From assembly GCA_963767735.1 (NCBI GenBank), contig CAVYES010000002.1, positions 160,001 through 224,000 of the forward strand: a DNA stretch of 64,000 nucleotides, in the 5' to 3' direction. The notes beneath the pieces were generated by a model. That model ran no database searches, was not told the origin of the DNA, and saw only the letters and a list, made by a program, of their open reading frames with translations. Position numbers and translations under genes: made by a program. This document shows, in pieces, positions 20,320 to 30,706 of the stretch (the stretch's first letter is position 1; the number at the start of each line of letters is the position of its first letter). Source of the DNA: Candidatus Bathyarchaeota archaeon. Lineage in GTDB: Archaea; Thermoproteota; Bathyarchaeia; Bathyarchaeales; Bathycorpusculaceae.

Positions 20320-21111
20320 GTGCTATGAGCAAAATAATCGCTGTACATTCATATAAAGGCGGAACGGGAAAAACGCTTCTTTCAGTAAACTTAGCAGCTA
20401 CTTTTGCTAAAAACGGTAAGAACGTTTGCCTCTTTGATCTTGATTTCAGGGCGCCGAGCTTGTTCTCGATTTTGAAAGTTGAAAAGGTCGAATACTTTTT
20501 TAACGATTACTTAAACGACAGCTCTGACGCTAAACAGGTTCTTGTAGATTTAAGCAACAGGATTCCTGGAGGCGGCAAGTTATTCGCTGGCTTAGCGAAC
20601 CCTGCGACTGAAGCAATAAGGGACATGTCTGCAAAAGATAGAAAATGGGAAATGCGTGCGCTGGGCAGGCTGCTTGCACTTAAGAAAACACTACTTGAGG
20701 ATCAAAAGTTTGATTACTTGATTTTTGATACAAGCCCTGGGCTTCAATATTCCTCTATAAACGCCATCGTCGCCGCGGACTTCGTGGTTGTGGCAACAAC
20801 TGGTGACCGCTCGGATGTGGACGGAACGAAACGAATGCTGCAGGAGCTCTATAACTTGTTTGAGAAGAAAACGGGACTGGTGCTAAACAAAGTGCTTAGA
20901 TTCAACGGCCACTGCAACAGCTAAGAGAAACGAAATGAGCGAAAAAATAAAAACAGTTTATCATGTTCCAATGCTTGGGATCGTGCCTTGCTTCTGCGAA
21001 ATCCTACGAGCCGAAGGCAACTTGATATTTGTCCAAGACAAACCCGACCACCCCTTCACTAAGATACTTGCAGAAATGGCGAGAAAAATAGAAAACAACG
21101 AAGTAAACTAG
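20316..21111 (+). CDS. MinD/ParA family ATPase (+1 frameshift near 20898)
   Basis: KGGTGKT, DLDFRAP, DTSPG, VLNKV. Continues in a shifted frame as DSTA...VPMLGIVPCFCEILRAEG...PDHPF to TAG at 21111. Confidence 0.88.
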
Positions 21112-21229
21112 TCAATTTCTCCCTTCTTTCTTAGGTTCCGAAATTTATTCAAGATTGTTTGTTAATTGATTGTATGCTTTTCAAAATAAACTTAATTCTT
21201 AGTAAAGGAGGAAAAGGTTTATGGAAAAA

Positions 21230-21487
21230 TTAGGCTTTGCCAAACCACTTCTCAAACCATTCTTGGAATGTTGAGTGGCATTCTTTGCGCCAAGCCGCTT
21301 CTCCAGGGTCTTCCTTCATACAGCCAGCGAGCTCCAGCCGATGAGCGATTTCCTCTTTTGCTTCTTCCAGCAATGCTTCAACGTCATCAAGCATATCATT
21401 ACCGCCATCAGAATAATCTTTCACGGAAGCTTTCAAAAAAGCTCTTTTTTGCTTAATTAGTTGCTCAAGTTTACCTTCAGCCGTCAT
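21230..21487 (-). CDS. Hypothetical protein
   Basis: 85-aa helical ORF ending FQEWFEKWFG; TTTAAA box upstream. Confidence 0.7.
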   Translation of the reverse strand: MTAEGKLEQLIKQKRAFLKASVKDYSDGGNDMLDDVEALLEEAKEEIAHRLELAGCMKEDPGEAAWRKECHSTFQEWFEKWFGKA

Positions 21488-21622
21488 ATTTTATCATCAT
21501 CTTACTATTGGTTAAAGACTGCCATCTTTAAAATTGTGTCTGTTTTTAAGAGTTAGCGGTTTTTTCGGACAAAATTATTTGAACATTGAACATGAGCTGA
21601 ACGCTTGCTTTATGTGGAATTT

Positions 21623-21728
21623 TGGTGCGGTCGCCGAGATTTGAACCCGGGTCGTCAGCGTGGCAGGCTTACACACCATGAAACTGCTCGACGGTTTGAT
21701 GTCCTAGACCAAACTAGACTACGACCGC
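21623..21728 (-). tRNA. tRNA-Gly(GCC) with a ~28-nt non-canonical intron in the anticodon stem (about position 29/30), CCA encoded
   Basis: GCGGTCG/CGACCGC acceptor stem; TCA[intron 21669-21696]GC-CTGCCAC-GCTGA anticodon arm; GGTTCAAATC T-loop; ACCA end. Confidence 0.92.
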
Positions 21729-21949
21729 ATATACGTGGATTTTTGTGGTCTAGCGATCAGTGTCGATGGTAATGTCGGCTTTTGGTCGGCGCCAGAATTG
21801 ATAGTCGAGAATTGGCATTATTTTGCCTTTCGGTTAATTAGTAATGCCCAATAATGGTTGATGCTGTCTGGGCTGCTCTCCATCGACATGGCGCGGGTTG
21901 TCCAGCAACTATCCGATTTAGCCAAACAGTGAAAGCGGTGAACGGCAGG

Positions 21950-22205
21950 GGAATCCCGCTTGGGCTTTCAGAGGAGGAAGTCGCCTTCTACGACGTCTTA
22001 GCAGACAACGAAAGCGCAAAACAGATGCTATGCGACAAAGTCCTAAGGCAGATGGCACGCGAACTCGTCGATATGATACGAAACAACGTAACCATCGACT
22101 GGACAATCCGCGACAACGTCCAGGCACATCTGCGAGTCATGGTCAAAAAACTGCTTAAAAGATTCAAGTACCCGCCCGACAAACAGGCAAAAGCCACCCA
22201 AACAA
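21950..22205 (+). pseudogene. hsdR: Type I restriction enzyme R subunit C-terminal (DUF3387) fragment
   Basis: LGLSEEEVAFYDVL...NVTIDW..R..V.A.LRVMVK.LL...KYPPDKQ; the rest of the gene is absent. Confidence 0.85.
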
Positions 22206-22227
22206 TACCCTTGAATTGCGAAAGAAA

Positions 22228-22365
22228 ATTCCCGATGCTCTTGACGTTGTAAGGCGATGTAGGCAAAAAATCTTGGATGGAGAAGTACCTATTGAAGATT
22301 TGATTATCTCTAAGCGAATGTCAAGAAATCCCTAGCGATACAATCAACATGTTAGCCAGGTTATT
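22228..22365 (+). pseudogene. Family B DNA polymerase (PolB2-like) thumb fragment
   Basis: IPDALDVVRRCRQKILDGEVPIEDLIISKRMSRNP*RYNQHVSQVI, with an internal TAG at 22333. Confidence 0.65.
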
Positions 22366-22683
22366 GTGGACGAGCCGTTGCTTCCGCCTGAGGTGCATTT
22401 GACAGCTGATTTTGCCTATTTCAGGTGGCATGGCAAAGGAGAAGACATTTGGTTTGATTACAGGTACAGTAAAAAAGAGTTGGAACCTTGGGTAAACAAA
22501 GTCGAAGAGACAGCCGGTAAAGTCAAGAAAGTTTACGGCTACTTCAACAACCATTATCACGGTTACGCTCCAGAAAACTGCCTACAACTTATTGAGCGTC
22601 TTGGACTTTTGTCTGAAGAGCAAAAGAAAAGTAAGGCAAGAAGTACTGTTAAACAAGCTCAGCTAGGCACCTTTTTCGGGTAA
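22366..22683 (+). pseudogene. DUF72 family C-terminal fragment
   Basis: TADFAYFRWHG...DYRYS..EL..W...VYGYFNNH..G.APEN; the N-terminal portion is missing. Confidence 0.85.
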
Positions 22684-22925
22684 GCGCGCTGGTTAGTCCA
22701 GATATTATGTATCTGAGTAGTTTGGGGAAAGCGTGGGCTAGTTAAGTAATGCAGACTTTGTTTTCCGAAAAGAGAGTAGCTTTCGAAGTTAGGGTATTAC
22801 CAGTCTGGGTGCCTCTGTATGTACTGTTGTTGTGTGGAACACTTGTGCACAAAACTGATTTACGCTGCTTGTTTATTAATATCGCATGAATTACTATTTA
22901 ATATAATTGAGTGTGAGGGTTAAAT

Positions 22926-23735
22926 TTGAGTGAATTGGCATATACAAATGAAATAGTCATCTCCGCAATAGTTCCAGTTTCAAAAGAAAATATTGCTCCA
23001 AGAAGAACAATAGTTTACCAGACCCTTATAGATCCCTCCGTAGCCAGAATTGCAGGTGAAAAAAACAAACACAAGTTATTCAACAAGTTCCTATTCAGGC
23101 TTAACAATCCATCAGAAATAGATTTTGTTTCAACAGAAAAATATTACGAACCATACTTAACAGTTAGTGGAAAATATTCAATTGATTATTACCGCAAGTG
23201 CAGTTACACAGTAAAAGTAGACAAAGACATTACAGAAGTCATTCTTTTCAACCACACATTCATACCTGGGGAAGGTTCGTATTCAACTAAAAGCGAACAT
23301 CGCGTCAAACTTGAAGGAGAAGAACGATTAATTAGAAACTCGGAGGCTTTCCTTTTCCTAAACGGAACCGGCGAAGAATCAAAGCTCAGTGAATTTCCTT
23401 CCGCCCCTTGCGAAAAAAATTCTCAAGAACTAGTTGAATCGTTTAAAATGCGCGAGATAGCGCCAAACATGGATGTGGAGGCTATCCGCAAAAGAATAGT
23501 ACAGCGCCCAACTGACATACAAAGAATTGTGAATGAATCGCTAGAAATTGATGAACGTTCCGTAATATACAGGCCAATATACAAGGTTACTTACAAGTGC
23601 CCCAGAATAGGCAAAGAAGTCTATTTGGAAGTTGACGGAATTACTTCAAAAATAATCCGACAAAAACAAAATATTCTATCAGCAGCATTAAGAGCTGTAG
23701 TGACGGATCTAAAAAAACTTTTTACCATTAAATAA
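22926..23735 (+). CDS. Hypothetical protein
   Basis: 269-aa ORF with TATA-like upstream sequence; EKYYEPY...GKY.IDYYR and IY.PIY...EVDGIT segments. Confidence 0.8.
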   Translation: MSELAYTNEIVISAIVPVSKENIAPRRTIVYQTLIDPSVARIAGEKNKHKLFNKFLFRLNNPSEIDFVSTEKYYEPYLTVSGKYSIDYYRKCSYTVKVDKDITEVILFNHTFIPGEGSYSTKSEHRVKLEGEERLIRNSEAFLFLNGTGEESKLSEFPSAPCEKNSQELVESFKMREIAPNMDVEAIRKRIVQRPTDIQRIVNESLEIDERSVIYRPIYKVTYKCPRIGKEVYLEVDGITSKIIRQKQNILSAALRAVVTDLKKLFTIK

Positions 23736-24216
23736 GTTGGATAAAAATATCAACATTGGTTCGTCAGTTAGTTCGTAAGCTGGTTGGTCTGGTCGGTGGA
23801 TTAAAATTTAATCTGTCGCCATAACATATCGCAGGGAAACGGTTATGCGGTTTCGGCTAAGGCTGTTGCGTATTTCATTGTTTATCCTTGTGTCTCCTCT
23901 GCCTCTGCTTGCGTGACCCAAACGAGCTATCTTCAGTTTTTGAGGTTGCCGCGGATTATCTGAGGATTGCTTTTTGGTTATGTCAATTATGCCCTATTGA
24001 TGCTGCTGAACTGAAGTGCATCTGTAGAGGAATCGGTGATTTTCCCCATTCTCTTATCAGTTGCCAACCAACGTTTACTGCTTGAGTTCCTTTTCGTCAG
24101 TGTAAAGCCATCTGCTAATGAATTTCGGCAAACTGCCAAAGTAGATCTTAGAGAGCTGAACATATTTCCAGAAGGCTGATAATGCTTGAAAAAGGTTTGA
24201 ACTGGAATAATGACAG

Positions 24217-24290
24217 TGCGGGAACCGGGATTTGAACCCGAGTCCTAGACTTGGCAAGCCTATGTACTAACCAAGCTGTACTATTCCCGC
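24217..24290 (-). tRNA. Second tRNA-Gly(GCC): intronless, divergent, no encoded CCA
   Basis: GCGGGAA/TTCCCGC acceptor stem, GTAC/GTAC D stem, TAGGC-TTGCCAA-GTCTA anticodon arm, TTCAAAT T-loop, A73. Confidence 0.9.
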
Positions 24291-24644
24291 ATGTAGAGGT
24301 ATAACGCAACAGTCTAAACACTTCCTAATAAACTATAGTTCTGTTTTTGCGCCGGGATGAACCAAACTCGTTGTTATACCTATGCAGCCGGATGCTCGCT
24401 TGGCAATAAATCTGCTAATAGCGTTAATAACTTCAACAAGGCGCTTTGCCTTTCTCTTGGTATTGGATTTTTGGAAAATGTATCCTTGGAAATGATGGAG
24501 ATAAAAACTTGAAAGAGAGGGTGCACGAGAGGAAATTAAAATAAACCATTCGAATTAGCAACAAACTGGGTGCGAATACTTAGCTGGATAGGTAATTTAA
24601 TTATGATAACGCGCTATTGGAGAAGACCGAAAGGTGACTGTTTG

Positions 24645-25229
24645 ATGGCTACTTCCCTTGCTTATGGAAAAAAGGTTTGCAGTTTGGCATTGACCTTCAA
24701 TTCTCTTCTCACCATTGTTTCGGTGTTGGGCGTTTTGGAGGGCTTCTATTCGGCAAGGTATCACTTGGAAACCTTATCCGCCGTATCTTATTGACGGCTC
24801 CTTGTTTTGGTTTGCGGTTTTGGCTGCAATGTTCAACATTTATTTTGTCGTGAGGCTTGGCAGGGTGAAAACAGGAAGATTGTGGTTTCATCATTATGTT
24901 TGGGGTTTGCCCTGTTTGCCTTAGCGTGTGTCTTGCTTTTGTTGTTTGGCTCCATTTCTTTTTTTGGCATATTTGTTGGTAACGGATATAGCATTTTTGT
25001 TAATGCTGGGCGTTTCTTTGCTTTGGGTGGTTTAACTTTGTTTATAGACGATTTTGCTGATGTTTCGAAGAGATTGACGTTTGTTCTGAGGTTTGTTCGC
25101 TCGAAGGTTTATAGAATTCGCGGATCGATTCGCATTGTTCAAGGCGTTTTAGGTTTTATGTCCCTGTACATTTTTTTGTCCGTTATCTTCTCGACTTCAC
25201 TGAGGCAGGGAAGTAACTCAAATAGGTAA
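24645..25229 (+). CDS. Membrane protein split over three frames (errors or pseudogene)
   Basis: MATSLAYG..., then WKPYPPYL...LWFHHYVWG, then FALF...GGLTLFIDDFAD; continuous hydrophobic segments. Confidence 0.65.
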
Positions 25230-25425
25230 TTTTGTTTTAGCTGTAACGTTGTTGGTGACGAGTATCTCTTCTCTGGAAAGTGTTTACAGAAAAACGGGGT
25301 TGCGTTCATCGTAGGCAAAAGTAATATTTTTGCTATAAAGGTGATTATTGTAGGTTTAAAAGTCTGTTGGGATGGAATCCCTGTGTTTCTTAGGGAAAGA
25401 GGGTTAAAATTTGAGGAAACATGAG

Positions 25426-26006
25426 TCACGGAATGTTGGGCGGCGAATAACTGCGCCAGTTATCTGGAGATTGGTATCGTACCATTGGAGTATTATCAAG
25501 GTCTTTTTCTATTGGTTTAGCAAGCTCCTTTAACGTTTCCAGAATTTCAACGTGGTGATTTTCGTCGTTTATTATGCTTTCAAAAATACTTCTAACGTTA
25601 TCTAAACTTATGTTGTAGCGCTCATTAATTTCTTTAGTCAGGTGTTTCATTGTTTGCATTTGCACAAGAATGTAGTATTCTTCACCAAGTTCGCTTTCCA
25701 AAGGTATTAGTTTTTCATATAACTCTGGGAGGGAGAGTTCGCCCACTTTTCTATTTTTTGCCTCGTCGAGATAATTGGTAACAGTTAACCATATTTGTCC
25801 GAGGTTCTCCGCGCAGTCTTTAGATTTCACCTCTGAATTTGCGATGCTGCTGCCAATGCCTTTGAGAAGTGTTGAATGTTTTAAGCTATCTTGAGCTATA
25901 CTCATCGAGATTTTGCGATGGGCGTATCAGTTCTCTCAGAAAGACTTCCGTACAAAAGAAATGCATTGTATTCCAGCATGCTCAAACATCCAATGTAAAC
26001 GGCCAT
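25426..26006 (-). CDS. Ferritin/rubrerythrin-like protein (frameshift near 25907)
   Basis: MAVYIGCLSMLE...LY..LSE, then SIAQDSLKHS...E...EE...IINDENHHVEIL. Confidence 0.75.
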
Positions 26007-26175
26007 TGTTTTAGAATCATTCATTTTAGGGATTCTATCATTCCTCGATTTCGTTCACAGCTTACGTTTTATAAAGAACTTATGAATTTGTGATCAACGA
26101 AGATATTCATAATTAAATTTAAAAAAATCATCATATTGAGAAAAAACTCATGCACAGTTGAAAGGGTTTGGTAGT

Positions 26176-27198
26176 TTAAGCACTTGACCTTAACCAGCCT
26201 CTTCGTTTGAAAACCAGCGTAAGGGTCAATGCCACCGCAATCATTATTGCAAGCATAACGTAGAAGCCGTAAGGGTTGGTTGTTCCTGGGATAAATCCTG
26301 ATTTGAAGCTTGTTCCGTAAATTCCAGCTATCAAACTTAATGGAAGAAAAATGGCTGAAATTATCGTGAGAACTCTAATTACATTATTAGTTGTTACTGT
26401 TTGAGCATTGACCAAGATATCGCGGATGTTACTCATTTCTTCACGGTGTGCATCAACAACCTCCACCAACTGGATAGTTCGGTCATAGAGATCTCCGAAA
26501 CGGGGAAGATTAACCCCTTGCACCAGCGCAAATTCTCCCCTTGTTATCCTTCCCATAATCTCGCGAAGCGGACTCAAACTCTGCCTAAGAGACACCAGCC
26601 GCTCTCTTACCTTAACAAGTTCCACACCAAAACTGCTTCCTGCAAGCCTTGACCCTTGTCTGAAAAATCCCAAGGCTTCCAGATTCAACGCATTGATTTT
26701 TTCGAATACCGCATCTGAAACCGGGTAATATTCACTGGTGACCAAATCGAGAAAAATATATAACATAATGTCGGTTGAGGGAACAAGTGAAAGCGAGAAA
26801 TAGCCATGCGTGCCAATTTTTTTGTAAACCTCACAAGTCAAATCTGAATAACCCTTATGCAATGTTAGTATCCATCTTGAACAAACAAGCATCGCTAGGC
26901 GTTCCATTTTCCCTTCAGAAACAAAATTTTCCCGATTTGGAAAATTTAGAAGACAAAACATTCGGTCTTCATGCTCATCAATCCGAGAACGTACCCCTTC
27001 TTGAGTAAGCTCTTGAAGGTTGTGTTGATCTATGCTAAAATAATCCGCTATCTCTTTCATCTCAGAATCGGTTGGATCTTGGGCATCTACCCATAGAACT
27101 TCATTATTATTAATTTCGTCGGGCAAAACATCTAAATTTCCAGATTGCCATCGACCTTCTTCATGTTGCTTAAGCAAAGTAATGGTTAGCAGCCGCAT
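26176..27198 (-). CDS. corA: CorA family Mg/Co transporter
   Basis: WVDAQDPT; LTIISAIFLPLSLIAGIYG and two TM helices. The GMN signature is replaced by GTS. Confidence 0.9.
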   Translation of the reverse strand: MRLLTITLLKQHEEGRWQSGNLDVLPDEINNNEVLWVDAQDPTDSEMKEIADYFSIDQHNLQELTQEGVRSRIDEHEDRMFCLLNFPNRENFVSEGKMERLAMLVCSRWILTLHKGYSDLTCEVYKKIGTHGYFSLSLVPSTDIMLYIFLDLVTSEYYPVSDAVFEKINALNLEALGFFRQGSRLAGSSFGVELVKVRERLVSLRQSLSPLREIMGRITRGEFALVQGVNLPRFGDLYDRTIQLVEVVDAHREEMSNIRDILVNAQTVTTNNVIRVLTIISAIFLPLSLIAGIYGTSFKSGFIPGTTNPYGFYVMLAIMIAVALTLTLVFKRRGWLRSSA

Positions 27199-27354
27199 TC
27201 ACCGAGAAACTAATGAGAATGCCTCCTTGTAAATCTAACCATCTCTTGTTGAGAAGAACAAATTCAACGGGCATTTTCAATGGCTCTTGCTAATTTGTTA
27301 AATGCCTATCAGAAGCTTTTTATTGTTAATCTTAAAGAACAGTTATGACCAGTT

Positions 27355-28359
27355 ATGTCAGAGATTATTAAAGTAGAGAATCTTGTTGAAGTTTACTCTG
27401 ACGGCACAAAAGCCGTTGATGACATCTCCTTCAGCATTAAGGAAGGAGAGTTCTTTGGTTTTCTAGGACCAAACGGCGCAGGAAAAAGTACAACAATCAA
27501 GATTCTGACAACGCTTCTTAGAAAGACATCTGGAACCGTTACCGTCGCAGGATATGACCTTGTGAAGCAAGCAGCCGATATCCGCAAGATCATCGGTGTT
27601 GAAAGCCAGGATACAACTGTTGATGGCGACTTGACTGGCAGGGAAAACATAGAGCTTCAAGGGCATTTTCACCAGATGAACCCAGACGACATCAAAAAAC
27701 GGGTACCCGAGCTTCTGGGCCTAGTAGGCCTTGAAGAAGCAGCCGACAGACGCGCCCGAAACTACTCCGGCGGCATGAAAAAACGCCTCGACCTCGCCAC
27801 TGCCCTAGTTCACAAACCCAAAATCCTATTTTTAGATGAACCGACAACAGGTTTAGATCCGCAATCGCGAGCGGCTATTTGGAGTTATCTGGAAAAATTA
27901 AACAAGGAAGAAGGCATAACCATTTTCTTAACGACCCAGTACCTAGAAGAAGCCGACAAACTATGCAAAAGACTCTCCATAATCGACACTGGAAAAATAG
28001 TTGCAAGCGGCTCCCCTGCTGAGCTTAAACGCGAAGTAGGTGCGGACTCTATTAGAATTTCGTTTGAAAACTGCCAGAGAGACAACGCTAAGGCCAAAGA
28101 GCTGTTAAAAACAATGACAGACGTCACCGAAATAATGGATTCAGAGGAATGCCTAACAGTTTACGCCAAGAACGCTGGTTTGCTAATAGCTGATATTGTG
28201 AGAGCATTAGACAGCAGCGACATTCGAATTGCCTCAGTAACGTTTTCCTCGCCTTCGCTGGATGATGTTTTCATGAAGCACACGGGCAAGCGAATAAGAG
28301 CAGAAGACTTTGTAAAAGCGCCAAGCGCCATGGCTGGAAGATTTGGTGGAAGGAGATAA
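27355..28359 (+). CDS. ABC-2 exporter ATP-binding subunit (DrrA-like)
   Basis: GPNGAGKST, YSGGMKKR, LFLDEPT; the H-loop reads TTQ. Confidence 0.95.
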   Translation: MSEIIKVENLVEVYSDGTKAVDDISFSIKEGEFFGFLGPNGAGKSTTIKILTTLLRKTSGTVTVAGYDLVKQAADIRKIIGVESQDTTVDGDLTGRENIELQGHFHQMNPDDIKKRVPELLGLVGLEEAADRRARNYSGGMKKRLDLATALVHKPKILFLDEPTTGLDPQSRAAIWSYLEKLNKEEGITIFLTTQYLEEADKLCKRLSIIDTGKIVASGSPAELKREVGADSIRISFENCQRDNAKAKELLKTMTDVTEIMDSEECLTVYAKNAGLLIADIVRALDSSDIRIASVTFSSPSLDDVFMKHTGKRIRAEDFVKAPSAMAGRFGGRR

Positions 28360-28364
28360 CAAAA

Positions 28365-29138
28365 ATGACCTTACTTTCTGATACTAGTTACATATTCGTA
28401 AGATATATGAAAAAACTTGTTCGAACCCCCATCCTGCTTTTCTTTTCCCTCTTTCAACCTCTTCTATTCCTCTTGCTATTCACGCAGCTATTAGGAAGGC
28501 TTTCCAGTTTTCCAGGAGTACTTCCAACAGGAGTAACTTATCTGGAGTTTGCGGCTGCTGGAATCGTGATGCAAAACGCTTTTGGAAGCGCGCTGCAGTC
28601 AGGAAACTCAATAGTGGCTGACATCGATTCAGGGTTTTTGCAGAAAATGCTCGTGACACCACTGAGTCGTCCAGCAATTCTACTCGGCAGATTAAGCAGT
28701 GACGCCTTTAGGGTAGTTATCCAGACAGCCATAATTCTCGCGTTAGCATACGCTTTAGGTGCCCACGTAACCACGGGAGTTGTTGGAATTTTGCTTATCT
28801 TCTTCACTCTTGCGTTCTTTGGGCTTGCATGGTCAGGAATCTCTTTGGCGATAGGCATGAAGACGAGAAGTTCCGAGACGGTTTTCGCGATAGGAGGAGT
28901 AATCACTTTCCCGCTGCTGTTTCTTAGTCCAGCGCTGTTCCCCCTTAGTTTTCTCCCCAAATGGGTGCAAGATGTATCAATGTTTAACCCTGTAAGCTAT
29001 TGCGTTACCGCAACTCGAGCGCTAATGATCAACGGCTATCAATGGAGCACGATACTTCCTGCGTGGGGCGTAATCGGGCTGGTCGCCATTGTAACGTTAA
29101 GCGCCACACTCTACCAATTCAGAAAAGTAGTCAGCTAA
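28365..29138 (+). CDS. ABC-2 exporter permease
   Basis: Six TM helices; FP...LP.W...FNPVSY; adjacent to the ATPase. Confidence 0.93.
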   Translation: MTLLSDTSYIFVRYMKKLVRTPILLFFSLFQPLLFLLLFTQLLGRLSSFPGVLPTGVTYLEFAAAGIVMQNAFGSALQSGNSIVADIDSGFLQKMLVTPLSRPAILLGRLSSDAFRVVIQTAIILALAYALGAHVTTGVVGILLIFFTLAFFGLAWSGISLAIGMKTRSSETVFAIGGVITFPLLFLSPALFPLSFLPKWVQDVSMFNPVSYCVTATRALMINGYQWSTILPAWGVIGLVAIVTLSATLYQFRKVVS

Positions 29139-29279
29139 AACCTAACGCATCACAGAGGAAACTGACGCATCCGCACAGCGGCGTGGCCAACCGCTCAATT
29201 TCACTTCATTGTTAGATTGTGAAGGGTCAAGCTGGGAGTAATTTGGATTTTTAAAAATATTGAATCGAAGTGTTAACTT

Positions 29280-29526
29280 GTGGCTGAATCAGTTACTTTT
29301 GAACCTATGAGTTTAGAAGAGCTTAGACGGTTTTTTGAAGAAAATAAAGCCAAATATCATGAAATTTGGGTAATCATAACCAACAAGAAAGCTGCAAATC
29401 CTCAGCTTGTTTTCTTTTGATCAAGTTGTAAGAGAAGCAAGAAAGCAGGGGCTGATTGACAGCCGCATAAGAAATGTGGATGAGAAACGGTATATGGTCC
29501 GCTTGACGAAAAGAATTAAAGCCTAA
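29280..29526 (+). CDS. YdeI/OmpD-associated N-terminal-like small protein (frameshift near 29412)
   Basis: EELRRFFEEN...EIWVII..KK, then VSFDQVVREARKQGLIDS..RNVDEKRYMVRLTKR*. Confidence 0.65.
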
Positions 29527-29613
29527 ATGCCTTTAAATCGAAGAGAAAATGTACTAAGTTTTTAAGTTCAACGCCCACATTAAAATAGCAAATAATAGGA
29601 AGATGACCACGAT

Positions 29614-30702
29614 TTGGACATAGAGAAGAAAATTGAGTTAATCTGTAGACCGCCAACGGAAGAAGTGGTTACGCCGGAGGATTTGCGCGCCCTTTTGGAA
29701 GTCGAGGAGCATCCTGTGGCTTATAATGGTTGGGAGCCTTCTGGTTTGGCGCATTTGGGAACAGGTGTTATTTGCGCTTACAAAATGAAAGATTTCGCGG
29801 AAGCAGGTTTGCATTTTAAAGCGTTTTTGGCAACGTGGCACGCGTGGTTAAACAACAAGTTAGGTGGCGATTTAACTCTTATTCGTAAAGCCGCTGACCT
29901 TTTTAGGCATTCGTGGCTTGCGCTAGGTGTGCCCGGCGATAAGGTTGAGTTCGTTTATTCTGATGAGCTCTACAGAGACATTGATTACTGGGCTAAAACG
30001 GTGATTATCGCTAAGAACTTGACGTTGGCGAGGACCACACGAACCCTTGAAATTGCTGGAAGAAAAGAAGGCGAAGCCCACTACGTCTCCGATTACCTCT
30101 ACACTCCCATGCAGGTTGCCGACATTTTCGAGATGAAAGTTAAGATATGCCAGTTAGGCATGGATCAAAGAAAAGCAAACATGGTGGCAAGGGAAATAGG
30201 AGAGAAAATCGGCTGTTGGAAACCCGTTTGCATCCATCACCATTTACTGCAGGGTTTGGAGAAGCCAAATGTTTGGCCGATTCCAGAGGGTCAAGAGAGG
30301 GAAGCGGTCGCATCAGCGAAGATGTCGAAGAGCAAGCCTCAAACATGCATATTCATCTACGACACACCAGAGGAAATCAAGCAGAAAATGTCGAAAGCTT
30401 TCTGTCCAGAAAAAACCGTCAAATTCAACCCGATAATAGACATTTGCAAATACATAGTTTTCCGCGAAAAATCAGCTTTCAGAATTGAGCGGCCAGCCAA
30501 ATTCGGGGGAAGCATCGAGTTCGGAAGCTTCCAAGAACTTGAATGCGCTTATTCAGAGGGCAAACTGCATCCTATGGACCTTAAAAACGGCGTTGCAGCC
30601 GAACTTGCAAACACATTAGAGCCTGTTAGACGATACTTCGCAAATAACAATGAAGCCAAAGACTGCTTGGAAACGTTGCGGCAAGCCAAGATAACAAGGT
30701 AA
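29614..30702 (+). CDS. tyrS: Tyrosine--tRNA ligase (archaeal type)
   Basis: YNGWEPSG.AHLG, YTPMQVADI, GMDQRK, KMSKS, LHPMDLK. Confidence 0.96.
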   Translation: MDIEKKIELICRPPTEEVVTPEDLRALLEVEEHPVAYNGWEPSGLAHLGTGVICAYKMKDFAEAGLHFKAFLATWHAWLNNKLGGDLTLIRKAADLFRHSWLALGVPGDKVEFVYSDELYRDIDYWAKTVIIAKNLTLARTTRTLEIAGRKEGEAHYVSDYLYTPMQVADIFEMKVKICQLGMDQRKANMVAREIGEKIGCWKPVCIHHHLLQGLEKPNVWPIPEGQEREAVASAKMSKSKPQTCIFIYDTPEEIKQKMSKAFCPEKTVKFNPIIDICKYIVFREKSAFRIERPAKFGGSIEFGSFQELECAYSEGKLHPMDLKNGVAAELANTLEPVRRYFANNNEAKDCLETLRQAKITR

Positions 30703-30706
30703 AACC

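Noticed and set aside
21623-24290. attL/attR pair of an integrated element
   Set aside because: The two tRNA genes share only generic T-arm sequence, and no integrase is present.
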